Source of the DNA: Lingula anatina
Lineage: Eukaryota; Animalia; Brachiopoda
Assembly (NCBI GenBank): GCA_051362555.1
Contig: CM120649.1
Span: forward strand, 2,108,001 to 2,172,000
DNA: 64,000 nt
Reading direction: 5' to 3'
The position numbers and the translations under genes were made by a program. The notes below the pieces were generated by a model. That model saw nothing but the letters and a program-made list of their open reading frames with translations. It searched no databases and was not told the origin of the DNA. This document shows positions 38,901 through 51,958 of the stretch, piece after piece; the first letter of the stretch is position 1; each line of letters starts with the position of its first letter.

Positions 38901-41900
38901 ATTATGAGAGCTTTATTTTCCATAATATACAGCTGTCCCCACTTTTTGGCATGTAACTCACGAAAAACAACTTCATGCCATCGCTGTTTTACCACCAATT
39001 CAGGATCGCGGCAAACCTTCCCAACTCTGTGAAGTAAAGTGTACTCTTCCCTGTATGTGTTTTTATGTTACATTTTCCAAACATTGTGAACGGAAGCAAA
39101 ATATGATGTACCGGTATATTATAAAAGGAGAGCGTGCACACAAGAGTGTTGGCCCCTGTCATTTTGGGGGCCAAATTGAATAGGAATGATCGGACTGAGT
39201 TACCCAACCTCTACGTAACACTCCTAAGGGAGGGGCTGGCAAGGGGGGAGTCTGACTAAATATCACACCAGAGGGGGTGACAGGTTGTCATACCTGTCAC
39301 AACCTCATTATTCCCTGATGAAGTCTGACTGCAAGCAGATGAAATATTGGATGGTAAGATCAGAGAAATATAAGTAGCTATAGACAAAGGAATCTTCACA
39401 AGTCTATTGTTATATTCTGCTTTTTGTCTGTACATTTGACAGCTTTGCTGCCTTGTTTTAATGTAACCTTATATATGTAAAACAAAACACAATGCATATG
39501 CTAAGAGGAAACCGTGCTCCCAAGATTGTTGCCATGTTGCCCATATCCAAATGTTGTTACCCAGTATCGTGGACTTACAGATATATATAGCTGAATAGTT
39601 TGCAAATGCTGACTAATGTATAGACTGGCAATATTGTCTTTTGTACACTGTGTCAATGATGTGCGTGGGTACTCTGTTTTAAAAGCAAAACCCTGGGGTT
39701 GCCTGTGGGCCTCAAATTATTACTCATAAACATATTTATGCTCGAGTAAATTTACTTTAATGGCATAATTTCTTTCTTTTTTTCTTTTTTTTTTTTGCAG
39801 GCAGGACCAGAAATAATGTGCCTCTTTGTGACAAAAATTAATAAAAAAAACATATACTTATTTCCAGATTGATGCATTTTGCAAAAATGTACGGCAACAT
39901 TTGAAAGGGAAGCACAGTCACAACCACCATGTTTATAACAAGAAATACTTTGTGGTCAATGCTACTGATGAAAATGATCCTGAACTGAATGCCCTCAAAA
40001 AATGTATTATGGACATTGCCAGAGAGCAACCTTACTGGGGAGAAGACCATCCTTGCAAATGGCTGGAACTAGAGTCTCAGCTGCACAAACGAAGCAATAA
40101 AAAGATTATGGCTATGAAGCTGGATGACGTCTTAGAAATGGCAGGGAAGGAGCCCATATCCATGACAGACAAGAAAGAAGTCAAAGCATGTCTAGTATTT
40201 CTTCATGCTTTAGGAGAGGTGACCTATTTTGATGAAAAGGGACTTGAGGACATCGTAATTTTAGATCCACAGTGGCTTATTAATGCTTTTCGCTCTATCA
40301 TTACATTGCCTAGGTATGAAGATCGTTCTCCCAAAACACATGATTTTTGGGATAAGCTCCATGAAGAAGCCATCTTGGATGAGAAATTGGTCAATGATGT
40401 TTGGGGTAGCAAACCTGCTGTCTTGGAAAACAAGAAGGCAATTTTGCATGTCATGGAGAAGTTTGATATTATCAGTAAACACCCCATGTGCAGTGAGTCT
40501 GGTTCTGACCAGTATTTCGTCCCCTGTCAAGCCAGAAAAATTCTCGAGGAAACCACATATTGCACTCAAACTTCTCTTTGTTACGAGTCCCAGCAGAAAT
40601 TTTTCCCCAACTGTCTCTTTCATAGGCTTGTAGCTGCTTGTCTACACAGATATAAACTAGGCAATGGTTGTCTATATGCCAACTGTGTACGACTGTCATT
40701 GGATCCTGCTGGCATGCTTGTGCTCACCTTGTGGAAGAGACCATACAGCATCCGTCTTGAGATGAAGGATTTAAATGAGCCCCACTCCTCCAAAGATCTG
40801 TATGTTGCAGCACGGAAATTCATTGAAGAACAGCTAGAGAAGGTGGCCAGTTTATATTGCCCGAATCTTCGTACCAGTTGTCTTATCTACCATGCAGATT
40901 GTAAGAACTGGGTGAAGTTGAGCCCAGATCTGAGAAACTCTTTGTGGAAGTGGCCTAAAATAGGGTGCTCTAGCTGCCATCAGCCATTTTCTGTTGAGCA
41001 TTATCACATATGGTTTGAAGAAGCAGAGGAGGTAAATTTGTGTTTAAAAATAACTACTTAAGTAACTTTTGATATTAACATATAAATTTTGCATAAATAT
41101 ATGAAATACTTTGTTGACATTGAGGAAAAAACAAAGCCTGTTCACAAAATGCCACGTTGGATTAATATCTTAATAAGCAGATGAACATCATAGGGAAGGT
41201 ATTTAAATTATATAAGTTTTATGGGAGATTCTGGCATAAAGTTCATTTCCTATTCTCAGTATATTTTTATTTTTGGTGTAAATTGCCTTTACAGGAAAAG
41301 GCAGGTATTTCTCAATCAAAGGGACACCTGCAGTTTGATCAGGATACTGCTGCTCCTACGAGTGCTTGCTGCAAAAGTCCAATGTCCCTGCAACTCTCTC
41401 CTCAGTCCAGCAGATCAGAAACTACATCAGCACCATCCCAAAGAGGTGCCTCTTTACAGAGGGAAGTCTATTATCATGAGCGATGGAATGTTGAAACCCC
41501 CATCCATACTGAACATGAGGTACCAGGTCAAGGGTACTCTTCCACAGCTGATGGCCAGTCACCTTGGCAAGTTCCAAGGTCAATCTTCCCGCATGGTCAA
41601 GGGCATTCCTCCCTTCAAAGTCAGACATACCTGCAAATGTTCCAAAATCCAAGTCATTTTGAATTCAGAGAACAAAAGTATCAACCACCAGATGAATTGA
41701 AGAACTACAAATTTATAAGCAAAAAACTTTCAGATGAATTAAATGCTGCATTCCAGCAGGATGAAGTGTGGGAAGCAGTTTTGGGATATCCCCGTTATCC
41801 TGAATCAACCGTCCCCAGTGCTGAGGATTTGTTTAGACTAGATGTGCCATCCAGATTTGACATTGTCTTCTGCAAGGTGAACTGTTCTCTGAAACATCTG

Positions 41901-42220
41901 TTGAAGCTGGTGATGTTCTTGAGTCAAGAGGGGCATGTTTCTTCAGCTGTTGTAGTGGAGATGAAGGTGGGTGTCGTTTAGACCATATTGGTAAACTCCA
42001 CTGTTGTTATTGTTAAACTGTTGAAATAAAGAGACAAATTGAATGAAAGTATAAATTCAAAATTTGATCAATTTAAAATACATAATTTTTAGGTTAGGCC
42101 ACACTTTTTTATTTTTATGGATGACATCCTGCGCGCGCACCGAATTTCGTCCGTTCTCAAAAAAAAAAAAAAAAAAATCCCCCCCCCCGCCCCTTCCCTC
42201 CCCCCCCCCCCGCCCTTGCC

Positions 42221-42265
<45 letters not shown>

Positions 42266-45200
42266 CCCAATCGAAGTCGGTTGTCGCAAACGTCGTTATG
42301 CCGGAAAATGGAAGTATGGCTGCTTTGCCATCAAATTCATCTCTAGGATTACTTTCTAATTACAGGACAATTAATTATATAAAGTCATAAAGAGAACGGG
42401 GCCGTCGATTTGGATTGTTATGCCATTGATATTGGGCATGGAGATATCCACTTTTTTTTTACAATTATGCGAAAGGCTGGCGGTGGCCAGCAATTATCGC
42501 CCGGAAAATGCTGTCCGAAGCAGCACATGCCAGGTTTTTTGTAGCGAAAAAAGGGTTGACAGGGCGTCGAGGTATTTGGTGGGCTGTAGGTCGGTCAGGC
42601 CCGTAGCCAGCAATTTCAAAAGGCGGGGGTTCTTTTTTTGAAAAAGTGGACCATTTTCCATAAAAACTTAATGTATCTAGATCAAATTTTACCCAGAGTG
42701 GACCTTTTCCCAGCAAAAGAGGTGGTTCTTTCGAACCCCCTGGCTACGGGCCCGTCTATTCATGACTTTTTTTTACCTTTCTACGAAGTATTCACAATGC
42801 TTTAATATTTTGAGAGCATGGATAAAGACATATTGTTAGTTTGATACGTGTTTCTGTGGTAAATTTGTGTTTCCAACTGTGTACTGACAGCATTCCTTTA
42901 CTTAAGCAGCATTTTTTTTTTTTTGGACTGTTTTTTTTTTTTTTCGCCCTCTCGCACCGATTTTGGGGTCCCCAGAGGATGTCATCCATAAAAATAAAAA
43001 AGTGTGGCCTTATGGCTAAAAATACATTTTTCAAAAAAAAAAAAAAAATACAAGTCATTAGACATTTTTATGTACAGACACAGGAAGTTTGTACATATAG
43101 TTATTACCAGCATCTTTGGTCACTGTGCAGCTTTTACTGTAAACCTAATAAAAGTAAATGCAGATACTGAATGTGTTACTTGTTATTCTCAAACATGCAA
43201 GAATGATTCTAAGGACTAAAATGAGCTTTATCACAAAAAAAAAAGGGAAAATTATTGTACCCCACAGGCGTATTGAAGGGCCTGGCCCAGCATTTTTATA
43301 TACCAACACTTATGGTCTTCTGATGGTCTGCCTGTCCGCGTCATTGCTGTCGCCATCCGACACATGACATTTGTCCCATAACTGCCAAACTGTATTTTTG
43401 TTTTACTTTAAATTTACTGAGTGGCTTTGTTTGAGAAATAGGCCAAGCAAGGAGACAGCAGGAACCTTTAATAATTATAATTGTAATGATAGTTTATTCT
43501 GAGCCCAAAATCCAAATTTGTTCAGGATACTTTACAATGCAAATTGTATATAAATGATAAAAAGGCTAGTAAAAGAAAAGAACAAAAATGATGAAAAGAG
43601 GAAAAATAGATTAAGACAAATAATGTAGAAATTTAAAAAAAATCATTAATGTTTGTTGTAGTTTTCTTCTGCAGTGGTAGTTTTGTAGAACAAAATGCAA
43701 TTGGTTTCCGTTCACCATTTTCGACCTGATACAATGTTCTACCTAAACCATAGCTGCTAGCATCAGAACAGACAACATTAGGTTCATTTGGTTTGATCAT
43801 AAAAAGTCAAAACAGCTGTACAAGTCAACAAGTCTTTCACTCTGTCAAATGCAATTTGTTGTGCCCATCTCCACACACTATCATTTTTATGTACAGACAC
43901 AGATGTATATCATTTTTATGTACAGACACATATAGCCATCACCTGTGTCTGTCGGCGTCGTAATCGCCGTGCACTTTCACCACCGATAACATGATAAGTG
44001 AAAAACCGTTTTACCTTTTGGCTTGAAACTTACAGAACTGATGAACATTCATAATACGCAGGTCAAGTTCGAAAATCAGCATGATTGGGCCATTTTTATG
44101 GAAGTTATTCTGTTGTTTAACTTTTTTCAGCATATATGCAACACTGATAATACGATTAGTGAAAAAACATTTTACCTTTTATCTTGAAACTTACAGAACT
44201 AATGAATATTCATAATACGCAGGTCAAGTTTGAAAATCAACATGATCAGGCTATTTTTATGGAAGTTATGCTACTTTTTCATTTTTTCAGCATATATGCA
44301 ACACCGATAACATGATAAGTGAAAAACCATCTTACCTTTTAGCTTCAAACTTACAGAACTGATGAATATTCATAATACACAGGTCAAGTTAGAAAATCAG
44401 CGTGATTGGACCAATGTTATGGAAGTTATGCTGTTTTTTCACTTTATTCAGCATATATGCAATACCGATAACATATTTCAAAGAAAATAAATTGGCCAAT
44501 TGTCTTGAAATTTACAGGGGTGGTCAGTCTTACTGAAATACAGATGAAGTTTGAAAATAAGCTCGATCAGTTAAGTTTTGGTGAAGTTATGCCTTTTTTG
44601 TATATAATTGTTTTTTTCCTCTGATTTTATTCTTAGGCATGTTAACAATCTCATCTGTGAACTAATTAAATATATAAAGGTGTCTTTTTGACATTTTCTG
44701 AATCTTAACAATATTGTTAGTTGATTATGTAAAAATGATGGTAAACCTGTTATTGTGTATTGTGTAATTAAGTGTCAAAATAATGGAAATAATAATAAAC
44801 TCATATCTTTACAGTTTGTCAGATTCAATCATTCACCATCTTCAGAATCTCAGAATGGAGCAAACTGGACATTTAAAATTGTTCTATTGGTATTTTTCCT
44901 ATGTCAACAATTTTCTTAGTTGTTCATTTAAAAATGACAGTAAATTGATTATTTTGTTATATAAAAAAAAGTGTTGAAAGTGGAAAGGAAATCATTTCAG
45001 TACAGTTATCACTTGTTTACATTTTGGCATTTTGAAGGTGTGACTCTGAACTTCCATGGCCTTGAAGACCTTTCCATGTCACATTTTCTGAATATCCATG
45101 ATACTTTAATTTTACTATTAAAAATTGGTGGTCATTATGTTTTATTGCATAAAAGTTGAAGAAAACCCTATTTTGGAAATCGCTGCCGGAATGACCATTA

Positions 45201-48200
45201 AGGAAAAACCATGTAACTTATGATACTCAAACTTACTGAAAAGTTTCATAAGACTGAAATGCAGTTTGTGTTGGAAAATAAGTTTGATTGTTTTCTGTTT
45301 TAGAAGCAATGCAGCTCTATAGATTGCTATATGGGGCTACTGTTTATGGATGGTGGTAATTGTCCCTTGGGGTAGTCACAAGCTAAATTCAGAGCTATAA
45401 AATCACTTTCCTAATTAATTTCTAAGTGCCCATTAAATAAGATTACATAAAGCACACGTTGAGATTTCCCAGTCCCATAGGTTAAGCTCTCTTAACTGTG
45501 TCACATAATTAGGTGATAATTATGCAGGTAAATGTTTAATATTGCAAAGAAGTTTACAAAAGAAAAAGAATAGATGAATAACAGTGCCTTATTATCCTCA
45601 AACACATTGGGGTTATTCATATCATGTTATTACAGCAAGATTAAAAGTTTGAATAGCAGCTTTAATGGAATATTTTTGTTGTGTTTTCTATTTAATTTAT
45701 TTTTCAAACACTGGCATTTTCAGCTCCCATCCACCTGAAGCTCTTTACATTTTCTGTATTTCCAGATAAGCAGTTGCATTGGTTTTTATGTCTTTAAATA
45801 TAATGTAATATTATTTTATGCACTGTCAGCATTTTTCAAATATTGGGATTTTCATTATGTGAATTTGAACTCTCATGGTCCTGAAACTGTAATCTTATTG
45901 CAGGAGCAGATTGAGGCCGTCTTCTGGGTCTTTCAGATGCCGGTCAGATTTTAAAGTTCACATTGATGGGTATCTGTTTTTTCTGTTGGAAGACCATCAA
46001 AAATGTAGGATGGATCAACAAAGATAATTTGGAATACAGTCAGAAAATATCTTTGGATCTGCTCCTGTTATTGACAATGTCACCTGTTGTGCATGATTAA
46101 AAGTCGGTGTTGATTGACCATGCTATTATAGGCATTATTTATTATTGCGTCAAAATTGACAAAATGAACCATTTTCTGTATTTTTATTTTCTGTTTTTGT
46201 CTGGACATTTGACAGCTTTGCTGCCTTGTTCAATAAGTCAGTTAATGGAGATATGGTATTTGCAAGATCTGGCACAAATCTGCCCAAATTACACCTACTA
46301 CACAACGCAACTCTGGTACGTTTGAAGGGGGTGGTTAACTCAGGTATGGCTTCCACTCTCCCTCTATTTGGCTGTTTACCATTGGCATTTATCACATGCC
46401 CAAAGTACGTAATCTCCGATTTCCCAAATTCGCACTTATCTCTGTTTAAGGGCAACCCTGCATCCTGAATTCTGTTCAAAGCTGCATTTAATCTGTGATT
46501 GTGCTCTTCCTGTGTGGAGCCATGCACAAGAATGTCATCACAGATTACATCCAAACTGGGGAGATCTGATAATAATTCTGTCATTTTCTTTTGGAACACT
46601 TCAGGGGCCATATTAATTCCAAAGGGAACATGAGTAAAGCAGTATCTCCCGAATGTTGTAATGAATGTTGTCAACTTATAACTGTCACTGTGAAGTGGTA
46701 TCTAATAAAAACTCGAAGATGCAACTTGCTCCAAACTTTTGAACCTACTAGTCTGGGAGCAATGTCATCCAAATTTGGTAACATGATATTCTCACGCTTC
46801 ACTGATTTGTTAAGTTTCTTAAAATCGACACAGATTCTGATGTCATCATTCTTTTTATTGACTACGACCATTGGGGCACACCAATCTGTTGGCTGATCCT
46901 GTTTCTGGATAATTCCTTCCTGTTCTAATTAAGTTATCCAGTTTCGCTTTTACTTTATCCATAAGCGGGAATGGAATCCTGCATGCAGTGGATAGACAGT
47001 ATGGCTTGGCATTTTCTTTAAGGGTGATTTTTACTGGTGTACAATTGAGACGACCAGTTGGCCCAAATAAGTCTGCTCTCACTTGGTCCACCTTTACAAT
47101 AACTCCCATAGCACTTGACGTGTTCCAGTCCAGGAGATTGTTCTGTATCCCTTTTACAACGTGCACCGAGAATCAGTACGTTTGCCCTCTAAGATGGGTT
47201 AAAGCATTGAACACGCCTATACAATTTAGTTTGCCTCCTGGACTGTGCAGCATGACACTGGCTTTCTTAAGTGCAGGCTTTCGAATGCTATTGTAAGTCT
47301 TCTCATTTATAACAGTAGTGTCAGCTCCCGAGTCAATTTTGAATGTGACATTCTTCCCACAAATATCTAGGTTAATCTGCTAAGCATCTGCTGAGTCTGT
47401 GCAGACAGTTACATTTTCAAGGAATAAATCCTCTGTCTGTTGTACTTCATTTACAGCCCTGCAGCAAACAGCAAAATGACCAACATGGCAACATTTATGA
47501 CAAGACTTGCCTTTTGCAAAACAGTTTTCACCATGGTGAAGATTACAGTTTTTACATCTCAGAAACTTGGGAACTGAGCTTTGCATACTGGCCTGTATGC
47601 CTCGTAGAGAACTGAACCCTTGAGCTTGACCTCTACCTCTATGTGTACAGAATCCTCTCGGATGACCTCTGCCTACGGGCCTGTGGATATAGCTAGTGCT
47701 CTTATAACCTCTGGTCTGAACTGCTTCTACATTTGTATCTTGGTCACATAATTGATTTTTGACCTGCTCGGACTGTTTACATCTCTCTACTTCCTGTGCT
47801 AACAACAGGTCTGGTAAAAGCTGTAGTTTTTCACTAAGTCTCCTGTCTTGAATTACAAACACAATTTGATCTTAAGTTTGCTAATCTCTGTCCTTAAAGT
47901 TACAAAGTTATGCAATTTCGTACAAGGATCTTAAATACTGTTCAAACCCTTCATGTTTGCCTTGGGTACAGTGATGCAATTTAGCTCTTTTGTGCACCAC
48001 GTTAGTTTTTGGGATGAAGTGATTATCGAAACATTCCATTACCTGTTCATACGTAATCTGTGTTTCTCCCTCATCACCATCTGCATCATTTCCTGAGCCC
48101 TCACATGGTAAATTAAACAAACTGTAGATATGCTTAGCCTCTTTTCCCATTGAGTATATCAATGCACTAATTTGCACGTCGTGGTCTTCACCATTTAGCT

Positions 48201-48708
48201 TTGTGGCTTGTCGATACCGCGAAAATCTTTGCTTCCATTTTGGCCAATCACTCGGCGATGAGAAGTTAAATTGCTCTGGTGGGCTGAACTTCGGCATTTT
48301 CACTTCTGACGCCATGTACAGTACTGACCAAGGTTAAATGTCAATTATTTCTGCAGACTACTTTATCATGGTGTGTATTGATATTTATTTTTATCCGTCT
48401 TTCAGATATGTAGGAATAGGGAAGCTGAGTTTAGTTGTCTACGTCAGAACTTCAGCTTTGTCAAAGGAGAAGTTGACACAGTCCGGTTGTTGGATTATTT
48501 GTATGAGAAAAAAGTTATTAATGAAAACCAGATGGATGAAATTAAAAAAGCAGATACACAGTCAAGGGGAAAAGCATCTGATGCTTTGTTCAAGGCACTC
48601 TTGTCTTGTGACTTGGCGAAGGAACCATTGTGGCACTTCAAAGTGGTATTGAGAAAAGAAGGTCAAGGTCACATTGCAGACAAACTTGAACCTGAGCCTG
48701 ATTTTTAG
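30489..48708 (+). CDS. Roco-family GTPase: helical/death-like + CARD - ROC - COR - helical/death-like + CARD (1379 aa from these exons; start exon lies upstream)
   Basis: Phase-compatible GT-AG exons: 30489-31121, 31478-31871, 33643-33912, 34134-34181, 37337-37870, 38170-38291, 39868-41031, 41295-41966, 48406-48708 (4140 nt, open frame). ROC motifs: RVMLLGHHRAGKT (P-loop), ETNGVEV, IWDFGGQHVYYTTHQTFL, IIIGTHKD. COR: WGEDHPCKWLELE..FLHALGEVTYF..VILDPQWLINAF..FHRLVAAC. CARD-like: LRQNK..ILDYF..LFEIL..HLADELE and LRQNF..LLDYL..LFKAL..GHIADKLE. Confidence 0.9.
32555..32940 (+). mobile_element. L2/CR1-type LINE 3' fragment
   Basis: YGDRAFIIYPPILWNALP..FESLLKTHIF followed by a 3' tail and (AAT)n/(ATT)n. 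Confidence 0.75.
33081..33734 (+). repeat. 327-bp direct tandem duplication spanning the acceptor of the P-loop exon
   Basis: 33081-33407 and 33408-33734 are near-identical (I saw two substitutions). Confidence 0.95.
34381..37267. mobile_element. Non-autonomous CACTA/EnSpm-like DNA transposon in a ROC intron
   Basis: TIRs CCCAGACAGCCTCAGT(A/G)ATCTGGCCCA at both ends, AAT on both flanks, and arrays of subterminal (ATC)TGGC/GCCAGA repeats at 34381-34660 and 36960-37267. The superfamily is inferred. Confidence 0.8.
34799..36250 (+). mobile_element. Internally deleted Gypsy-like LTR retrotransposon nested in the DNA transposon
   Basis: Two diverged ~215-230 bp direct repeats (34799-35029, 36035-36250), PBS-like TGGCGACGAGG at 35031, polypurine tract AAGAAAGGAAGGGA at 36021-36034, protease motif LPDSGAYCNII. 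Confidence 0.8.
39311..39351 (+). ncRNA. Penelope-type minimal type I hammerhead ribozyme-like motif
   Basis: TCC-CTGATGA-A-GTCTG-actgcaag-CAGAT-GA-AATATT-GGA: intact core boxes, stem II, palindromic stem III, short stem I. Confidence 0.6.
42097..43009. mobile_element. PIF/Harbinger-like MITE, copy 2 (inverted relative to 536-1499)
   Basis: Same TIRs, TTA TSD (42094-42096, 43010-43012); 42760-43009 is the reverse complement of ~536-775. Confidence 0.85.
43915..44600 (+). repeat. ~161-bp tandem array (3-4 copies) in a Helentron/HINE-like element
   Basis: Units start near 43981, 44142, 44302 and 44463 (CACCGATAACATGATAAGTGAAAAACC...GGTCAAGTT.GAAAATCA), preceded by TTTTTATG and a GTCTGTC/CGTCG microsatellite-like stretch. 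The family is inferred. Confidence 0.8.
46200..48315 (-). mobile_element. Degenerate Gypsy LTR retrotransposon (gag-protease-RT), antisense in the last Roco intron
   Basis: PBS-like TGGCGTCAGAAGT, gag (WPKWKQRFSRY.., CCHC-like CHKCCHVGHFAVCC), protease FKIDSGADTTV, RT (IRICVDFKKLN, PFGINMAPEVFQ, ICDDILV); stops and frameshifts, no integrase or LTR seen. Confidence 0.92.
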
Positions 48709-49253
48709 GAGGATGAAAAACCAGAGGACACAACACACACAATCAGCTTCAGTGCAAGATAAATCAATATATTTTATAAAAAATACTTTATATACCCTGG
48801 ACGAAAATTTCTTTTGAAAGCAAAGTACAATTCAAATTGTATTTGTAATATTTAAACAAAGTCTTGAATGAGTTCACATGTGTAGTTGTTTCCATCTTTC
48901 AAATTTGTTTAGTTCAGTAAATATATATAAATACATTCTTTTTTTAACTGTACTTTACATGCATATATTAAGGTCTAACCCATTTCAAGATTTATTTCAG
49001 AATCATTAAATAAGTTTTTGTTAATTTGCTGATGGATTATATATTTTGTGGCTGTATGTTATATGCATATATTTGTGTGTTTAACCCATTTCAAAATTAA
49101 TTTTATATAATGCACTTTAGTCAATTTGCTGATGGACCATATTGTTACTATGTACTTTATATTTGTATGTATTTTTATACCTGAGAGTCATGTGACAGTG
49201 TATAAGGAACAGTTCTCACTAAACTGTTCACTATACACTGTCACATAACTTCA

Positions 49254-49296
49254 GTGAAACTGATGAAGTCCCAAGTATTGGGACGAAAACTTTCAT
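49254..49296 (+). ncRNA. Hammerhead ribozyme-like motif in the probable Roco 3' UTR
   Basis: TGAAA-CTGATGA-A-GTCCCAA-gta-TTGGGAC-GAAA-ac-TTTCA: both core boxes and a perfect 7-bp stem II; stem III and the cleavage site are ambiguous. Confidence 0.5.
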
Positions 49297-51958
49297 CCGG
49301 TTATGGTGTAGAAATTGAAGTTTTAGAATTTATCATTATGAATAACACTACTACACAGATCAACTTTCATAAAAAAATAAGTATTTTTTGCCTTTGGTAT
49401 ATCGACCTATCTCCCTTGGGGTTCACGCTAAATAGCTGTCAGCTGAGTGGACACAAAAGTTAATTACCCTCTCACAGCTTGTAGTAGGCGGGACGGACAT
49501 TTAACCGGATTATCTGACAGTAATCTAGTGAGACTCCCCACGGGGATAGATCGATCTAAATGTCTGGGAATACGCCCTTACAGACCTACCCAACTACCAG
49601 ACGTGGCATGGAAGGATCCAGAATTCGCCGTAGATCGGATCACACTGCCAATTTTCAAGGTGTGTGTCAGCACGTGCTTTGAAGAATCAGACGTGGCATG
49701 AGTACCAGGGAAGAGGGCGAGCCCAAAATTTACATTGAATGAGATGAGACTGTGTGTGACCTAATTCCAAGAGATGGGTACACAGGCCCTTGTAGTCTAT
49801 GTGCCAAGTAACCCTTGTAATATTGACTGGACCTCAATGGCCCTTTCAAAAAAAGTTATTAAGCCTTGTACAAGACAAAGTGTTGTGTATAGAGTCACTG
49901 AAAAATGAATGAAATTGGCTAATATAAGTTACATGATGTATATGAAGTGAATTTTCTAGAATATTCAACAAAAATATTTTAATGTTTTGTGGTGACTCCT
50001 AATCTTGATAGAAAATTTTGAATACAAAATTTCTGTAGTATCAGGTGTCACTTTTATGTAACAAGTTAATTTGATTACTTGATAATGAGTTATTTAAATG
50101 AAATTTTGCTTTTATTAAGCGAGTTTTATGAATTTTCATTAAGTGTTTCAAAAGCCTGATCTGTAATAAAGACTATTGATTGCAAATGTAAAACAAGTGT
50201 TTTTGTTTTTTTTTTCTAATGACCATCCTTATTCGTTTGGTTCCAGTCACTGCCCACATGCTCTTATTTAAAGTCCTTATGAAGGAAATTTGGAAACTTA
50301 CACCGTGCCAGCTACAAGTATGCTGGAGGTACCTTGACTTTGGTCTAGAACTGCATAGTCTGGGCTCGTTGTGATAAAAAAAAAATCAGTTATTAAAACA
50401 ATGATGAATTGACTTGACAATTTTTAGGAAGCCAATAACCACAACATGTTTTCCTCTAAAAAAATAGTGCCTATATTTTTGTTCCACATCAAAGATTCAC
50501 ACAATATATAGTTTCATTTAATTACATAAATAGAGAAATGGTGATTATTAACTTTAAAGAAAGTGAAATTTAAAATCTATCAAAAATCAAAACATAATTC
50601 TAAATGTATAGAACAACCTAGCAAAAGCAGCAATAGGGAATATTCTAAAAATCTGATACAAGAAAAAAAAATTCAACACAAATCTGAATAACACACAACA
50701 CTCAATGGGCTACAAACATTTAAAGAAGCCACAATTTAAAAATAAAATTTGGCTCAAGAATTGATACAATACAAGTAAAATACACTTTTCAATGTTACAT
50801 CTGAAGACAGGACTTTAAAGAGAAGCATGTTTTATGATACATACCCTGAGAATTGACTGATCTCAATCACTTAAAGCTGCCTTTCACAGTAACACAGCAA
50901 CATTCTAAAATTTGGCAAAATGTGACCTTTTCTTTAAGATATGTTAAGAAAATTAATTCTAAACTATAAGTGTAATTCTGGAATGCTGTAAATACTACCT
51001 GATAAATCCAATCCTATTATCTACACACACCATATAAGATAAAAGTATTTAACATTATGAATGAGAAAAAAATTTTTTTTACCCTACCATTATAAAATAT
51101 AAAGTTACAGTATAAAATTTTGAATCATCAAAAATTTGTCTCTAAAACAGTAAGACCTTTGAAATAGAATAATTGTCAAATATGAATTATTTTTAAAGAA
51201 AATCATTTTATATACTGGATACATGTGCATATACTTTTCCTGCCAGAAAAAAACATGCAATGAAAAAATCCTGGTGGTAGTGTCACCTAAAACATGGATT
51301 AACAATTTCCCAACATAACCATGGACCTCAAGTATACCAAAGTTACATATATCCACACTATTAACCAAAACCAGTGAAAGAAAAATAGTAAAAGTTGGTT
51401 TAAAATATTCGCAAGAGAGAAATACAATGAAAAATAGATTCAATAAATAAATGAATAAAAGCACTTTGGATTATTGACTTTTTGAGGCAATTCAAGAAAC
51501 TGTTCAACAATTACCATTCAGTGCTAATACAAAAGGTTTAATGTTGCTGACTGCCACCTAATCTTTTTCTACAATCATGTAGAAAGTAAGTCAAATATTA
51601 TCAACCAAACAAATGTATGACACAAACAATTAAATAAGAAAATTAACTGTCATATCATAAACCAAATCTTAAAACACAAGACTTGCTAGCTGAGACAGGT
51701 TGCTGGACTTACTCTTGATAAAGTTCACAAAATCAAATAGCAGAACAATAAAATCTGAATTTCAGAGACAGTATTGGTGATAAGTTTGTTTAAAAACTGA
51801 AATGTTTAATATTTTCCAAAAGCCAAATATGCTCAGAATGGAGAAATTCAAAATATTTTAACCATGAGGCTAAAATGTACCAAAATGAGCTCAGATACAT
51901 GATTGCTATTTTTTTCCTTAAAAGATGTTTCCTAGAATCTCTTTCGATGTCCATTTTT

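Noticed and set aside
39801-39870. Strong-looking acceptor ttttgcag at 39800
   Set aside because: Out of frame with the COR exon (stop by ~39872); the acceptor at 39867 keeps the frame.
40224-41700. Overlapping antisense and alternate-frame ORFs over the COR and following exon
   Set aside because: Shadows of the real coding frame, with no independent motifs.
42064-42390. Poly-Pro / poly-Gly ORFs
   Set aside because: Translation of a poly-C tract inside a MITE; the homopolymer length may also be unreliable.
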